40,806 bases of DNA from a virus (IMGVR_UViG_3300027265_000006:1-40806), one strand, 5' to 3'; shown: positions 28,512 through 37,767, counted from the first letter of the stretch. The notes: generated from the letters alone by a model not told the origin. Made by a program: numbers and translations.

Positions 28512-28656
28512 CCTCCTCCTCCTCTAACCACTGCCGATGAAGCTTCATCGCCTCATCGTAACCATCCCAGTTGTCTACGCCTGCAGCTTCCAAAGCGCGT
28601 AACTGCAGTTCGGAATCGAGGAGTTCCTCGTAACGTGCATCAGTTATTAATGGCAT
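28501..28656 (-). CDS. 51-aa phage protein with LEAAGVDNW motif
   Basis: Hand translation MPLITDARYEELLDSELQLRALEAAGVDNWDGYDEAMKLHRQWLEEEEDEG. Confidence 0.75.
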   Translation of the reverse strand: MPLITDARYEELLDSELQLRALEAAGVDNWDGYDEAMKLHRQWLEEEEDEG

Positions 28657-29101
28657 CGGCAACAAGCTCCTCTATGGCTTCCAAGGGACTCACATAGAAC
28701 GGTCCCTTGACGATCTTGCCGTTAACGGTGTGCGTGGGTTTCCAATCGTTGGCATCACAAACAAGGGTGAGTGCCGGTCCGATCAGATCCTCGGTGCCGT
28801 CCGCCTTGAGCATGTCTACGAAGATCTCGAATGCCTTTGATGCTGTCTCACTCAGATCGTAGGCCCACCTTCGTAACTCAGGAGGAACGTCAGCGAGTGA
28901 GACGAATTTCGACCATGTTCCAGCCCATACGAACAGGAAGTCACAGACCTCCTGAAGCCGGTGAGCTGGGCTTGTGGCGGCAAGGACTTCACCGATCTCC
29001 TCGGCAAGCATCTTCGATTCGAGCTTCGGGTCCAAAGCCATAAGGCCGCGATCCTTGTTCCATTTGGCTATCCTCTCGTACGACAGGTCTCTCTCTTTCA
29101 T
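28640..29101 (-). CDS. MazG-like all-alpha NTP pyrophosphohydrolase
   Basis: EEIGE...EVCD metal motif and N..K....NGKIVKGP.Y; start reassigned to MKERD. Confidence 0.75.
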   Translation of the reverse strand: MKERDLSYERIAKWNKDRGLMALDPKLESKMLAEEIGEVLAATSPAHRLQEVCDFLFVWAGTWSKFVSLADVPPELRRWAYDLSETASKAFEIFVDMLKADGTEDLIGPALTLVCDANDWKPTHTVNGKIVKGPFYVSPLEAIEELVADAINN

Positions 29102-29184
29102 CGTCCTTCTCTCCGTATTTGCAGGGACACAACAAAGGCATCCCAAAGAAATTGATCTTGGTTACGCGGTTACAAAAGCTACAG

Positions 29185-29574
29185 TTACTTTCTGAAGAAC
29201 TTCCCATGGTATGCAGGTCTCTCCCCGGTTAAGTCTTTGTTCTCAGGGAGTGCATACCCCTGGAAATAGAATGGTGGTTTAGTCCCATCATCGAGACTAC
29301 CTGTGATCTCCAACAGCTCATCCATGGTGTTTCCTTCAGCGAAGATCACACCCTCATTGATGCCGTCAAATGACACCACAAACGGATACGCCTTGGTGGC
29401 AATGATGACGTTCATCAGTTGGACCGAGATCGTCTTGATGTCGAGGACACGCAGGGCAACCCAGTTATCCATCCTGAAGTTGTCATCCGGTCTGGTCCTT
29501 GGCTCCAACAGCCTGTGTGGGTCCAGCTTGAGTGCTTCTTGAACTAAATCTTCCACAACTTTCTCTCCTTTCAA
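29185..29574 (-). CDS. Hypothetical protein
   Basis: 129-aa ORF co-oriented after DNA polymerase. Confidence 0.65.
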   Translation of the reverse strand: MKGEKVVEDLVQEALKLDPHRLLEPRTRPDDNFRMDNWVALRVLDIKTISVQLMNVIIATKAYPFVVSFDGINEGVIFAEGNTMDELLEITGSLDDGTKPPFYFQGYALPENKDLTGERPAYHGKFFRK

Positions 29575-29588
29575 TGGGTCTCAATGAC

Positions 29589-31385
29589 TCAGTGAGTCTC
29601 GGCCCAGTTGTTTCCTATCTTGTATTCCCCATCTAAGGGACACCTGAATTTGAAATGGACACCTGCGTCCACAATGGCTTGCCGTGCGATCTGGCCTGCA
29701 CGTTCGGCGTGTGCTTCAAGGACTTCGATCTGGAACTCATCGTGAACATTGGCAACAAAGCGGTAGTCAATGCCCGCTGCTTGGAGCTTTTGGTGACAAA
29801 GAACCAGCGCCTTCTTCATGATGATTGCCCCTGCTCCCTGGAGGAGAGTGTTAAGGGCAGAGTGAGGAGACCGACAGGGAACGATCCGGCCATCGAGACC
29901 TCTGATCTTCCCTACAGTCTTGGCTCTCTCTTGGATGTCTTCGATCAGCTTGGCGATTGCTGGCATTGCCTTCAGGAACTTCTTCCTGAGTTTGGCACCA
30001 AGCTTCGCATCACCACCTGCAATGGCTCCAAGGAGGTCATCCCCGGCACCGTACATCCAGGCGTAGAACCACCTCTTGGCTTCCGGCTTGGCGAGGCCTA
30101 AGGCCTTCATGTTCCGGCCATGGACATCCGTACCGTCCGCTTTGTTGCCATTGAGGACGATGTCGATGTACTCTCCATCGTCATATCGAGCGAGGTAATG
30201 GGCAAGACATCTGGCTTCCAAACCAGAGGCATCACAGCCGACCAGGACGTACCCAGGACTGACCATGAACATGGAGCGACACTCGGTCCCGTATAACGAA
30301 TCCACGGACGGCACTTGTCCCATGTTAGGCGAGAAGTGGGTCATCCTTCCGGTCACGGCACCGTTTGTATTGATGCTCCCGTGTATCCTTCCGGTCTGCG
30401 GGTTGACATACTTGAGCCACGCCTTGTCACCTTCAGCGATCTGGCCGAGGCGTTTGACAACCAGCATGTACTCACCGATCAACTGAGCTTCCGGCCAAGG
30501 CAAAGCGGCGAGTATCTCATCGTTGATCGTGGGTTCACCAGTGTTCTCAGTGAATGATGTAGGTTCCCATCCGAACTTCTCTTTGAGAACCCTAGCGATG
30601 TGCGGTCTTGAATTTGGATTGAACTCGACCAACTCAATCTTGGTCATAGGTGCTCCAGCCACATAGCCGGATTTCCTATTATCTCGTTTCGGAATGAACT
30701 CCCCTTTGCCGATGTACCAGGGAGGAAATGTGTTGTGTAGTTGCTGCTTTAACTCAGTACGCCTGACAGCGAGTTTAGCTGTCAACTCTTCGGCAAGCTT
30801 GGTGTTGAATAGGAACCCATTGATCTGCTGCTGTGCTATGATGGTGGCAACTTCATGCTCCAGTTCAAAACACTCCTGCGACAATGGGTTCTTCTTCAGT
30901 CGCTCATAGAGCTTGTAGGTAACCTTGACATCTTGGATGCAATAGGTGGACATATCCGGAGTCCAGAAAGCCCAGGCATTCTCTTTCTTGCCATAGCCTC
31001 CCTTGAACTCCCCGAGGCGGTAGCCCCAGGCTTCCAAGGAGTGTCTCCCGATGAGCTGACCAGGGAGTTTCCCTGCCCGGAACAGTCCGTAATCGATTGA
31101 CTTGATGTCGGGATAGACGGCTCTGGCGATCACCATGGTGTCGATGATCAGAGCCTTGGTGGACCACCTTGGATAAAGCTTCTTGATTACAGGGATGTCA
31201 TAGTCGATGATGTTGTGTCCGCAGATTACGTCTGCTTCGGCAAGCATCTTGAGACCATCTTCTATTGGTCTATTTTCAGGATCGAAGAGGTGTACTGTGT
31301 CGGCCTTGGTGTCATAGATGGACAGACAGTGAATCTTGGAGACTCCCCAGTAGAGGTTGTCTGTCTCAAGGTCGAATATGAGGAT
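29589..31385 (-). CDS. Family A DNA polymerase (gp5-like), probable ATC start
   Basis: In-frame 46-aa extension ILIFDLETDNL... supplies ExoI; GHNIIDYD ExoII, DASGLE motif A, VHDE motif C; AAGGAG 10 nt before ATC. Confidence 0.93.
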   Translation of the reverse strand: MLIFDLETDNLYWGVSKIHCLSIYDTKADTVHLFDPENRPIEDGLKMLAEADVICGHNIIDYDIPVIKKLYPRWSTKALIIDTMVIARAVYPDIKSIDYGLFRAGKLPGQLIGRHSLEAWGYRLGEFKGGYGKKENAWAFWTPDMSTYCIQDVKVTYKLYERLKKNPLSQECFELEHEVATIIAQQQINGFLFNTKLAEELTAKLAVRRTELKQQLHNTFPPWYIGKGEFIPKRDNRKSGYVAGAPMTKIELVEFNPNSRPHIARVLKEKFGWEPTSFTENTGEPTINDEILAALPWPEAQLIGEYMLVVKRLGQIAEGDKAWLKYVNPQTGRIHGSINTNGAVTGRMTHFSPNMGQVPSVDSLYGTECRSMFMVSPGYVLVGCDASGLEARCLAHYLARYDDGEYIDIVLNGNKADGTDVHGRNMKALGLAKPEAKRWFYAWMYGAGDDLLGAIAGGDAKLGAKLRKKFLKAMPAIAKLIEDIQERAKTVGKIRGLDGRIVPCRSPHSALNTLLQGAGAIIMKKALVLCHQKLQAAGIDYRFVANVHDEFQIEVLEAHAERAGQIARQAIVDAGVHFKFRCPLDGEYKIGNNWAETH

Positions 31386-31403
31386 GGTGTGGTGTCTCCT
31401 TTG

Positions 31404-31432
31404 TTGAAATTCTGCTGAAAGTCTGCTATTAC
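31404..31432 (+). promoter_or_regulatory. Putative sigma70 promoter for the plus-strand lipoprotein
   Basis: TTGAAA, 17 bp, TATTAC with TGn extension. Confidence 0.45.
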
Positions 31433-31463
31433 CTGCACCATTAAAACCAACTTTGAGGTAACT

Positions 31464-31766
31464 ATGCTGACTCGCTTATGTTTATTGTTTGCCTGTATTC
31501 TCCTTCTCCCCTCATGTGCACCCAAGCTCACCCAGGAAGGCTCTGGTATCCAACTGGTGGACACCAAGGACAACTGCAAGTACATCAGTGTCGTCACTGG
31601 TAGCTACGGGAATGGCACCTCAACCGCAGGAGATGCTGAAGGTGCAATGAATGAGGTGCGGAACAAAGCCGCTGAAGCAGGTGGGAATGCGTTGAAGGTT
31701 TTGAATATCGATTCAGATCATATGGATACTACAGTTGTCGCAGAGGCTCTGAGGTGCGGCTCCTGA
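31464..31766 (+). CDS. Small lipoprotein (DUF4156-like), only credible plus-strand gene
   Basis: Lipobox LPS-C; RNKAAEAGGNA motif; two further Cys; RBS GAGGT; occupies a gap between minus-strand genes. Confidence 0.85.
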   Translation: MLTRLCLLFACILLLPSCAPKLTQEGSGIQLVDTKDNCKYISVVTGSYGNGTSTAGDAEGAMNEVRNKAAEAGGNALKVLNIDSDHMDTTVVAEALRCGS

Positions 31767-31958
31767 TCACTTCCCAAAGTCCATCCAGCCGGTCACAGCT
31801 CCCACAGCCGGGACAACCCCAATACCGTGGATGATCTCGGCTTTGTAGGGTGCCTTAAAGTCACAGGATGCCAACTTGTAGATGTTCTTGGTCCACCCGA
31901 TGAGGACGAAGACCAGGAGGAAGATGTAGACGATGAAGATTGAACTGATTGCTTTCAT
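31767..31958 (-). CDS. Small membrane protein
   Basis: N-terminal TM helix; RBS AAAGGA. Confidence 0.7.
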   Translation of the reverse strand: MKAISSIFIVYIFLLVFVLIGWTKNIYKLASCDFKAPYKAEIIHGIGVVPAVGAVTGWMDFGK

Positions 31959-31990
31959 AAGTGGTTGGTTCCTTTGTTGATTTGAGTTGA

Positions 31991-32599
31991 TTATTTCAGT
32001 AGATGGTCGCGATCACCACGAAGGACTCTTTGAACAGATGACAGACTGAACCCGGTTTCATTCACAATTGTGTACTGTGTCTTACCACGCCCCTTGAGCG
32101 CAAAAATAGTCTTGATATCTTCATCATTTAGATGCCGCCGTCCTGCTTTGCTACCCTTCTTCTTAGGTGTCACCTCAGGAACATCTGTCTTGAACTCAAC
32201 AGCGGGAAGTTTGTTCAGGATCAACTCAGTAAGCTGATCGATCTTCTTACCCTGCGCGACAACCATCATCTTGAGTTCCTCATTCTCACCCTTGAGTCTG
32301 CGCCACTCCTTGACGAGTGCTGCGGTGAACTCCGGGGAGAGCTGGGCAACCACGATATAGGAGTGATCCTCGGTTACATGGTAGACTGAGATCTCACGCT
32401 TGGCCCCTTTACCTACCTCGATCATCTCCTCCATTGGAGTAAATGATATAACCTCCCGATCTGCCAACCTTTCCATGGTTCGCTTAACATTGTCGTGGCG
32501 TACCCGCTGCTCCACCGGCTTACCTTCATTGAGAAGTATGACGATGTCTTTACTACTCATGGTCTGCTCTTTCGAGCCGTTGTTTATCAATTCGTTCAT
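31991..32599 (-). CDS. Rha-family regulatory protein with C-terminal HTH
   Basis: TMSSKDI...RHDNVKRTMERL, VVAQLSPEFTAALVKEW; C-terminal TQYTIVNETGFSLSSVQRVL. Confidence 0.8.
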   Translation of the reverse strand: MNELINNGSKEQTMSSKDIVILLNEGKPVEQRVRHDNVKRTMERLADREVISFTPMEEMIEVGKGAKREISVYHVTEDHSYIVVAQLSPEFTAALVKEWRRLKGENEELKMMVVAQGKKIDQLTELILNKLPAVEFKTDVPEVTPKKKGSKAGRRHLNDEDIKTIFALKGRGKTQYTIVNETGFSLSSVQRVLRGDRDHLLK

Positions 32600-32805
32600 C
32601 TCTCCTTGACCTCCTTAATGCCATCAATGACCTCCACCAGTTCAAAAGTGACGACCTCAAAGTCATCCTTGTTTCGCCGCCAGTGTTTGAACACTTCCTC
32701 TGCGTTGTGCTTCCGTAACCAAAGGCTTCGCCCGTTGTATCCTCGAAGGAACTCCCCGGTCTTCTTGTTGCGGACTCGGTATACGTATTGGACTTGTCTG
32801 CTCAT
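32596..32805 (-). CDS. Hypothetical protein
   Basis: 69 aa with overlapping junctions to both neighbours. Confidence 0.7.
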   Translation of the reverse strand: MSRQVQYVYRVRNKKTGEFLRGYNGRSLWLRKHNAEEVFKHWRRNKDDFEVVTFELVEVIDGIKEVKER

Positions 32806-33092
32806 CTCGGAAACACTCCTCTAAATTCTTCGTCCATGATGTGGCGGTTGAGACCGTGAACCAGATTCTCCGCTATGTGTCGCATCGGAATATCCCTATA
32901 CGGATGGATGGACATGTGAGAAGCAACCTTCTGTCCTTTGTGCATAGTGGTGACCTCAATGATCACCTCATCACCGGAATGTCTGAAGTCACCTCTATAC
33001 CCATACCAGCCGTCCCTAAGGATCACCTTGGCTTCCGCATTCCGGCCAATGGCATCCTCGATAGCTCTGAGTTGTCTTGTTGTGATTTCCAT
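32802..33092 (-). CDS. Hypothetical protein
   Basis: 96 aa; RBS AAGGAG. Confidence 0.7.
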   Translation of the reverse strand: MEITTRQLRAIEDAIGRNAEAKVILRDGWYGYRGDFRHSGDEVIIEVTTMHKGQKVASHMSIHPYRDIPMRHIAENLVHGLNRHIMDEEFRGVFPR

Positions 33093-33101
33093 GGTTCTCC
33101 T

Positions 33102-33401
33102 TTAGAAGTCAGGGTTATCCTGCATGGTGAGGCAAATCTTGACGCCACTGAAGAACATCACGGTCGGCCAATGTTCACCCTGCCTCACCTTTGGGGAGAC
33201 CCTGGCAAACCTGAATCGGTTGGTTTCCCTGATGAACTCAATGGACTCCTCTCTGGTAAGCTGGATCTCCTTGATTTGTTTGTTGTTGTTCACAGCGTTC
33301 TCAAGTTCATCAATGATCTTCTCAATGATGTCTTTCTCGTATATGACTTTCATCTTTTTGATATCCTTATTAAAACAAAGGGTGCATGGATCTCTCCACA
33401 C
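33102..33401 (-). CDS. Hypothetical protein (true start may be MKVIYEK)
   Basis: Co-oriented ORF; TAAGGA lies upstream of the internal Met. Confidence 0.6.
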   Translation of the reverse strand: MWRDPCTLCFNKDIKKMKVIYEKDIIEKIIDELENAVNNNKQIKEIQLTREESIEFIRETNRFRFARVSPKVRQGEHWPTVMFFSGVKICLTMQDNPDF

Positions 33402-33420
33402 ACCCTGGTTTGATTACTGG

Positions 33421-34089
33421 TTAACGATTATAGACACCCATGATCAACTCATTGATCCGCTTGGCATCCTTCTCGCCACCCATGATATGGAATACTTCCG
33501 AGCCATCATCCTCGTTGTCGATGATCAACATGGGTTCACCAGAGCAAGCCTTGCGGACCTTGAGGGACTCGCCAGAATACTTGCCGGTGAAGGTGACAGG
33601 TTTCATGGAGCACCCGGAGACAACATCCATGATGGTCTGGGTGATAGCCTCGGCTTCCTCAACACCGTTCACATGGAAGGACACCCGCTTCACACTGTCC
33701 TCATCTTCGACCCTGAGGAAGAGCAGAGGACATCCGCAGCAGGACATTGCAACTTCGAGGGATTCGCCTTTGGCACCACGGAATTCTTTGGAGGACATGG
33801 TCACCTCGGTTTCCTCTTCAACCACCACTTCAGGAGTCGGCTCGATGAACTCTGCAACCCAGCTCGGTTCCCAGCTCCAGCTATGAGCATTGAAGATCGA
33901 CTGCGGTACTTTCGTGTAAGGGATTTCCATCAGCTCACCACTGAGGAAGAACGGAATCATCTCCTCAACGATGATAGGATGCTGGCCGATCCTGGTGATC
34001 TTGCCTTCACCATCGACGGATACAGGTGCTTTGGTCTCATTGATGATGGTTTCGAGGGACTTGAGGACTACTTTGATATTCTTGGACAT
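33421..34089 (-). CDS. Hypothetical protein with two tandem ~55-aa C-terminal repeats
   Basis: F.G...GESL.V....G.P.L...D repeated twice; RBS AAGGAG. Confidence 0.75.
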   Translation of the reverse strand: MSKNIKVVLKSLETIINETKAPVSVDGEGKITRIGQHPIIVEEMIPFFLSGELMEIPYTKVPQSIFNAHSWSWEPSWVAEFIEPTPEVVVEEETEVTMSSKEFRGAKGESLEVAMSCCGCPLLFLRVEDEDSVKRVSFHVNGVEEAEAITQTIMDVVSGCSMKPVTFTGKYSGESLKVRKACSGEPMLIIDNEDDGSEVFHIMGGEKDAKRINELIMGVYNR

Positions 34090-34145
34090 TGTGTTTCTCC
34101 TTAGATATAGTTGTGTGTTAGGTATAGTATGAATTAACTGCTTGA

Positions 34146-34673
34146 TTATGCGTTCAATTGTTTTATTCCAAGCATCTCACAGAACCACTTCTGTCCAGCC
34201 TCGGTGAAATGGGCCGATATGGTGCCGTCAGTCTTCGACTTGACATCCCTGAAGTAGCCCAGGTCGTAATACTTGGTGAATGGTTGAAGGGAGCCTTCCG
34301 GCAATACGCCCATCTCAACCAACTGCTTGACGATCAGGGTGGACCCGGTATCCAATGGGTTGTCCACGCGATCCTTGATCTTCTTGCCGAACTTACGGAT
34401 GTTGATGGTCTTTGTGGTGCATCCCTCGAAGATGTCCTTCCGCTTGGGAAAGGACGGATCGTCAACGATGATCTGTGTAGCGATCTTCCCGGTGAGTGAT
34501 GGCACAGGCGGCTCCACGGTCACCACAGGGTTACTCATGATGAGCAAGGACTCCATGATGAGACTGAGGCTCTCCATGATCTGCCTGTTGATCTCAACCT
34601 GCTCCTGGATGAAGGACTCCATGGGTGTCGGTTCTTTCGGCAGTTGCTGCTTGATTTGGTCTTTCAAATCCAT
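34146..34673 (-). CDS. Antirepressor-like protein (ANT/KilAC-like C-terminal domain)
   Basis: INIRKFGK...QPFTKYYDLGYF...FTEAGQKWF resembles the KilAC pattern; RBS AAGGAG. Confidence 0.6.
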   Translation of the reverse strand: MDLKDQIKQQLPKEPTPMESFIQEQVEINRQIMESLSLIMESLLIMSNPVVTVEPPVPSLTGKIATQIIVDDPSFPKRKDIFEGCTTKTINIRKFGKKIKDRVDNPLDTGSTLIVKQLVEMGVLPEGSLQPFTKYYDLGYFRDVKSKTDGTISAHFTEAGQKWFCEMLGIKQLNA

Positions 34674-34698
34674 ATGTTACTTCTCCTTTATAGAAGCT

Positions 34699-36351
34699 TT
34701 AAAAGTCTTCGTTCGTGAAGTTCTCTTGTTTCGCTTGGCCACCTTTGGTCTTCCCTTTGCCTTTCTTGAAAGCTCCAGGGATCTGGCCTGCATATGCCTT
34801 CATACGACCTGTGAACTGGTTGTAGATGACCGAGTCGGCCACGCCTGTGTCACCTATGTCGCGGTCCTTTAGCAACCGAAGCAGGGCAAGGTTCTTGTTC
34901 TCGCCTTGTTGATCACGCTCAAGGGAAATGACGATATCTGATAACTGCTCAAGTGATCCAGAGCCACGCAGGTCAGACAAAGATACTTCCTTCCCAGTGT
35001 TGTACGACTCGTCGCCTGGAGGTCTCTTAAGGTGGACAATGGCTAGAAATCCGACACCCGTTTCATTGATCAGTGTTCGCAGTCTGGTCATCAGGCGGTC
35101 GATGATCTTCCTTTCTGACTCATCGCCATCCTCGCTGTCTGAAACGACAATCGAGATGTGATCCAGTATGACCCATCGCACACCCAAGCTGACTACCATG
35201 TACCGAATCTTGGAGAGCAGGTTGTTGATTGCTGTAGATCCCCAATGGTCGTAGATCCAGAACCGTCCGTTGTTCAGAACAGCATCAAATGCCTCCTTCC
35301 TTTCAGTCGGAGTTGCTGCGTTGATGTTGACATGAAGTGGCTTGCTGAGGTGCAGGCCAACCCAAAACTTCGCGGTCTTCCTTTTGTTCTCTTCGAGGGC
35401 AATGACACCAACAGTCTCCTTATGGTGCATAAGAAAGTGATAACCAATCTCCCTAGTGAGGGTGGTCTTACCAATGCCTGATCCAGCCGTAACGATTATC
35501 AGTTGACCAGGGCGTAACCCTTGGAGTTTACTGTTGAGGATAGGAAAGGGGATACTAAGACCTGGGGCAGTCTCTTCGTTAAGAGCGTCCCATAGATCTC
35601 CACCTGAGATGATCCCATCGGGCCGATATTCGTTCGGCTCATAGATTGCTTTCGTTAACCGGACTCCTTCCCCGGCAACCAGCATCTCATTGGCATCTTT
35701 GAAGTCTCCCATGTTGATCGTGTAGGCCTTACCAACCGGGAGGATCTGGGCTACCTGATGCAGTGCTTCCTGCCCAGGTTCATCATTGTCGAAGGCCAGG
35801 ATGACCTTCTGGAAGCTGTTGACGTACTCAAGCCTACGCTTGAAGCATGGTAGGGCGGTCTTGGAACCTGATGGGATTGAGACGACTGGGATCTTCAAAT
35901 CCGTACACTGGGCAATCGACATGGCGTCTATTGCTCCCTCTGTTACCACCAGGATTCTTCCTCCTTTCGGGAACAGATGTTCTCCCCAAAAGCCAACTCC
36001 TTTGCTGTCTCCTATCCATCCGAACTCCTTGTCCGGGTAGCGAATGTGCTGTGCCACCCTCCTGTTATCTTTATAGAAATTCTCTACGTGAACTGGCTGT
36101 CCATTGTAGGTTCCTACGCCATAGCCATAGAACTCACAGGTTTTCTTTAATAGCTTTCGCTTCGTAAGTGCCTGGATCTCTGACTGAATTAACTCCGAGT
36201 CACCCACTTGCACCTCCTTTTCGTTGTTGAACGTGACATGCCCACAACCGAAGCAGTAACTGTGGCCATCCGAGTAGACTGAGTTGGCATCAGACGAACC
36301 ACAGTTGCTGCATGGTGTGTGATAGAGGAACGCACTATCACTGGCGTACAT
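34699..36351 (-). CDS. Primase/helicase (gp4-like)
   Basis: Zn finger CSNCGSSD..DGH.YCFGC, TOPRIM EGAID and FDNDEPG, Walker A AGSGIGKT, DLRGSG. Confidence 0.97.
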   Translation of the reverse strand: MYASDSAFLYHTPCSNCGSSDANSVYSDGHSYCFGCGHVTFNNEKEVQVGDSELIQSEIQALTKRKLLKKTCEFYGYGVGTYNGQPVHVENFYKDNRRVAQHIRYPDKEFGWIGDSKGVGFWGEHLFPKGGRILVVTEGAIDAMSIAQCTDLKIPVVSIPSGSKTALPCFKRRLEYVNSFQKVILAFDNDEPGQEALHQVAQILPVGKAYTINMGDFKDANEMLVAGEGVRLTKAIYEPNEYRPDGIISGGDLWDALNEETAPGLSIPFPILNSKLQGLRPGQLIIVTAGSGIGKTTLTREIGYHFLMHHKETVGVIALEENKRKTAKFWVGLHLSKPLHVNINAATPTERKEAFDAVLNNGRFWIYDHWGSTAINNLLSKIRYMVVSLGVRWVILDHISIVVSDSEDGDESERKIIDRLMTRLRTLINETGVGFLAIVHLKRPPGDESYNTGKEVSLSDLRGSGSLEQLSDIVISLERDQQGENKNLALLRLLKDRDIGDTGVADSVIYNQFTGRMKAYAGQIPGAFKKGKGKTKGGQAKQENFTNEDF

Positions 36352-36353
36352 GG

Positions 36354-36641
36354 TTACTTCCCGAGGAACTCACGGAGCTTACGGGCGGTAGCCACTGCTG
36401 CTTTGATCTCGGTCTCGGCGGCAACTCTGTCTGCTTTCGCCTTGTCAATGACACTTAAGGCAGCGATCTCAGCGTCCTTGGCGATTCCGGCCATTGAGAT
36501 GTGGTGAGCTTTGACCTTCTCAAGATCCGCATGGACCTTATCGAATACGGTCAGGGCCGAGGAAACCGTGGTCCTTACGAAAGGGAGGTAGTCTTTGGCC
36601 TTGGTGAAGAGGGCGACTGCAACTTTGAGGATTTTATTCAT
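36354..36641 (-). CDS. Hypothetical helical protein
   Basis: 95 aa between endonuclease and primase. Confidence 0.7.
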   Translation of the reverse strand: MNKILKVAVALFTKAKDYLPFVRTTVSSALTVFDKVHADLEKVKAHHISMAGIAKDAEIAALSVIDKAKADRVAAETEIKAAVATARKLREFLGK

Positions 36642-37089
36642 GAGGTTTCAATCTCCTTAATTCTATGATTTTATTGAATGATTGTTCGAACAGAGGCTCC
36701 TTGATCCAAGTCATAGGAATCAAACGGTTTGCCCATTTGAACCCATGCTTCTCTGCCCACATCGCGTAGGTGGTCTTGGAGCCTGCGTAGAGTTTCTGCC
36801 GGGAGTTGCTGAACACGAAACGGATCTCAAGTTCAGGGTGTAGTTCCTTCACAAGAAGGTGCTTCTGACGATCTGCTGAACTGAACTCGCCTTTGGTCTC
36901 AATGATGATCCCGTTGGCCAGGGCAAAATCAGGTGTGTAGGTGCGCTTCTTGGCAGGTTGCTGGAAGGGTATGCGGAAATCCTCGTAGGCGTATGGGATG
37001 CCATTTTGGTCGAGGAAGTCCGCATTGAGATCTTCTAACCCTGAACGATGTGCGTCCGCTTTGGTGTGGACACGGTATCGTCGGGTCAT
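36634..37089 (-). CDS. Endonuclease I (gp3-like junction resolvase)
   Basis: RSGLE, YTPDF, IETKG, DRQKHLL, IRFVF. Confidence 0.96.
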   Translation of the reverse strand: MTRRYRVHTKADAHRSGLEDLNADFLDQNGIPYAYEDFRIPFQQPAKKRTYTPDFALANGIIIETKGEFSSADRQKHLLVKELHPELEIRFVFSNSRQKLYAGSKTTYAMWAEKHGFKWANRLIPMTWIKEPLFEQSFNKIIELRRLKPHE

Positions 37090-37092
37090 AGA

Positions 37093-37767
37093 TTAGAAAT
37101 CACCGTTTGCCGGGACTTCACCACCTTTGCCTTCGAAGGGATTCTCAGGTTTCTCACGAACGAACCCATCGCCACTCGGAGCGAATCCATAGGAGGACGC
37201 TGATGCAGACGATGTGGACAGTTTGTGGATCATGACGGCCTTCAGGTCAGTCGAGATGCCGTACTTATAGAAGGGCTTATTGTCGAGACCCTTGGATTCC
37301 ATGCAGTACGGACGGTCGGCAGTGAAGGACACCTGGATCAGCGATCCGGCACCGATCATCATGCCTTTGCGGTCTTCCATGGAGATCGGGTTACCGGCTG
37401 AGTCGAACAGGTCAACATTGAACTCGAAGACCTTTCCATCGGACTTGCGGATGACCTTGGCAGGCATGGCGAAATTGAAGGCGATGTAGCCATTCTCCTC
37501 GCCGGTCTCCATGTCCTCCTCGCGGGACCAAGGTGTGACATCGACCAGCTTCTGCTTCTGTGCCGGTTTCAACTGGGAGGTAGCTGCGGCCTTCTTGTCG
37601 GCCAGGAGTGCATTGAAGACTGCTTTGAAGGCTTCTGCTTCCGGCGTGTTGTCTTCCATCGCACACTTCACCGAATACTCACCGTTCTCCTTGTAGGTGG
37701 TTGATGGGGTGATCAAGTACGCATAACGGACGATCATGATGGGGGATACGATTGTTTCTTTTGCCAT
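37093..37767 (-). CDS. Single-stranded DNA-binding protein (gp2.5-like)
   Basis: YAYL..P, FDSAG, IGAGS motifs; C-terminal GDF; synteny. Confidence 0.85.
   Translation of the reverse strand: MAKETIVSPIMIVRYAYLITPSTTYKENGEYSVKCAMEDNTPEAEAFKAVFNALLADKKAAATSQLKPAQKQKLVDVTPWSREEDMETGEENGYIAFNFAMPAKVIRKSDGKVFEFNVDLFDSAGNPISMEDRKGMMIGAGSLIQVSFTADRPYCMESKGLDNKPFYKYGISTDLKAVMIHKLSTSSASASSYGFAPSGDGFVREKPENPFEGKGGEVPANGDF

Noticed and set aside
31248-31766. DNA polymerase split by an intron, frameshift or insertion
   Set aside because: The ExoI segment is in frame and contiguous; the lipoprotein gene is upstream of it, not inside
8290-34104. Long plus-strand ORFs such as 8290-9126, 16486-17400, 18161-19090, 27308-27997 and 33124-34104
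   Set aside because: Antisense shadows of well-supported minus-strand genes; no recognisable motifs
34135-34147. Isolated IHF consensus AATCAAGCAGTTA
   Set aside because: Single degenerate match without a convincing promoter; may be chance
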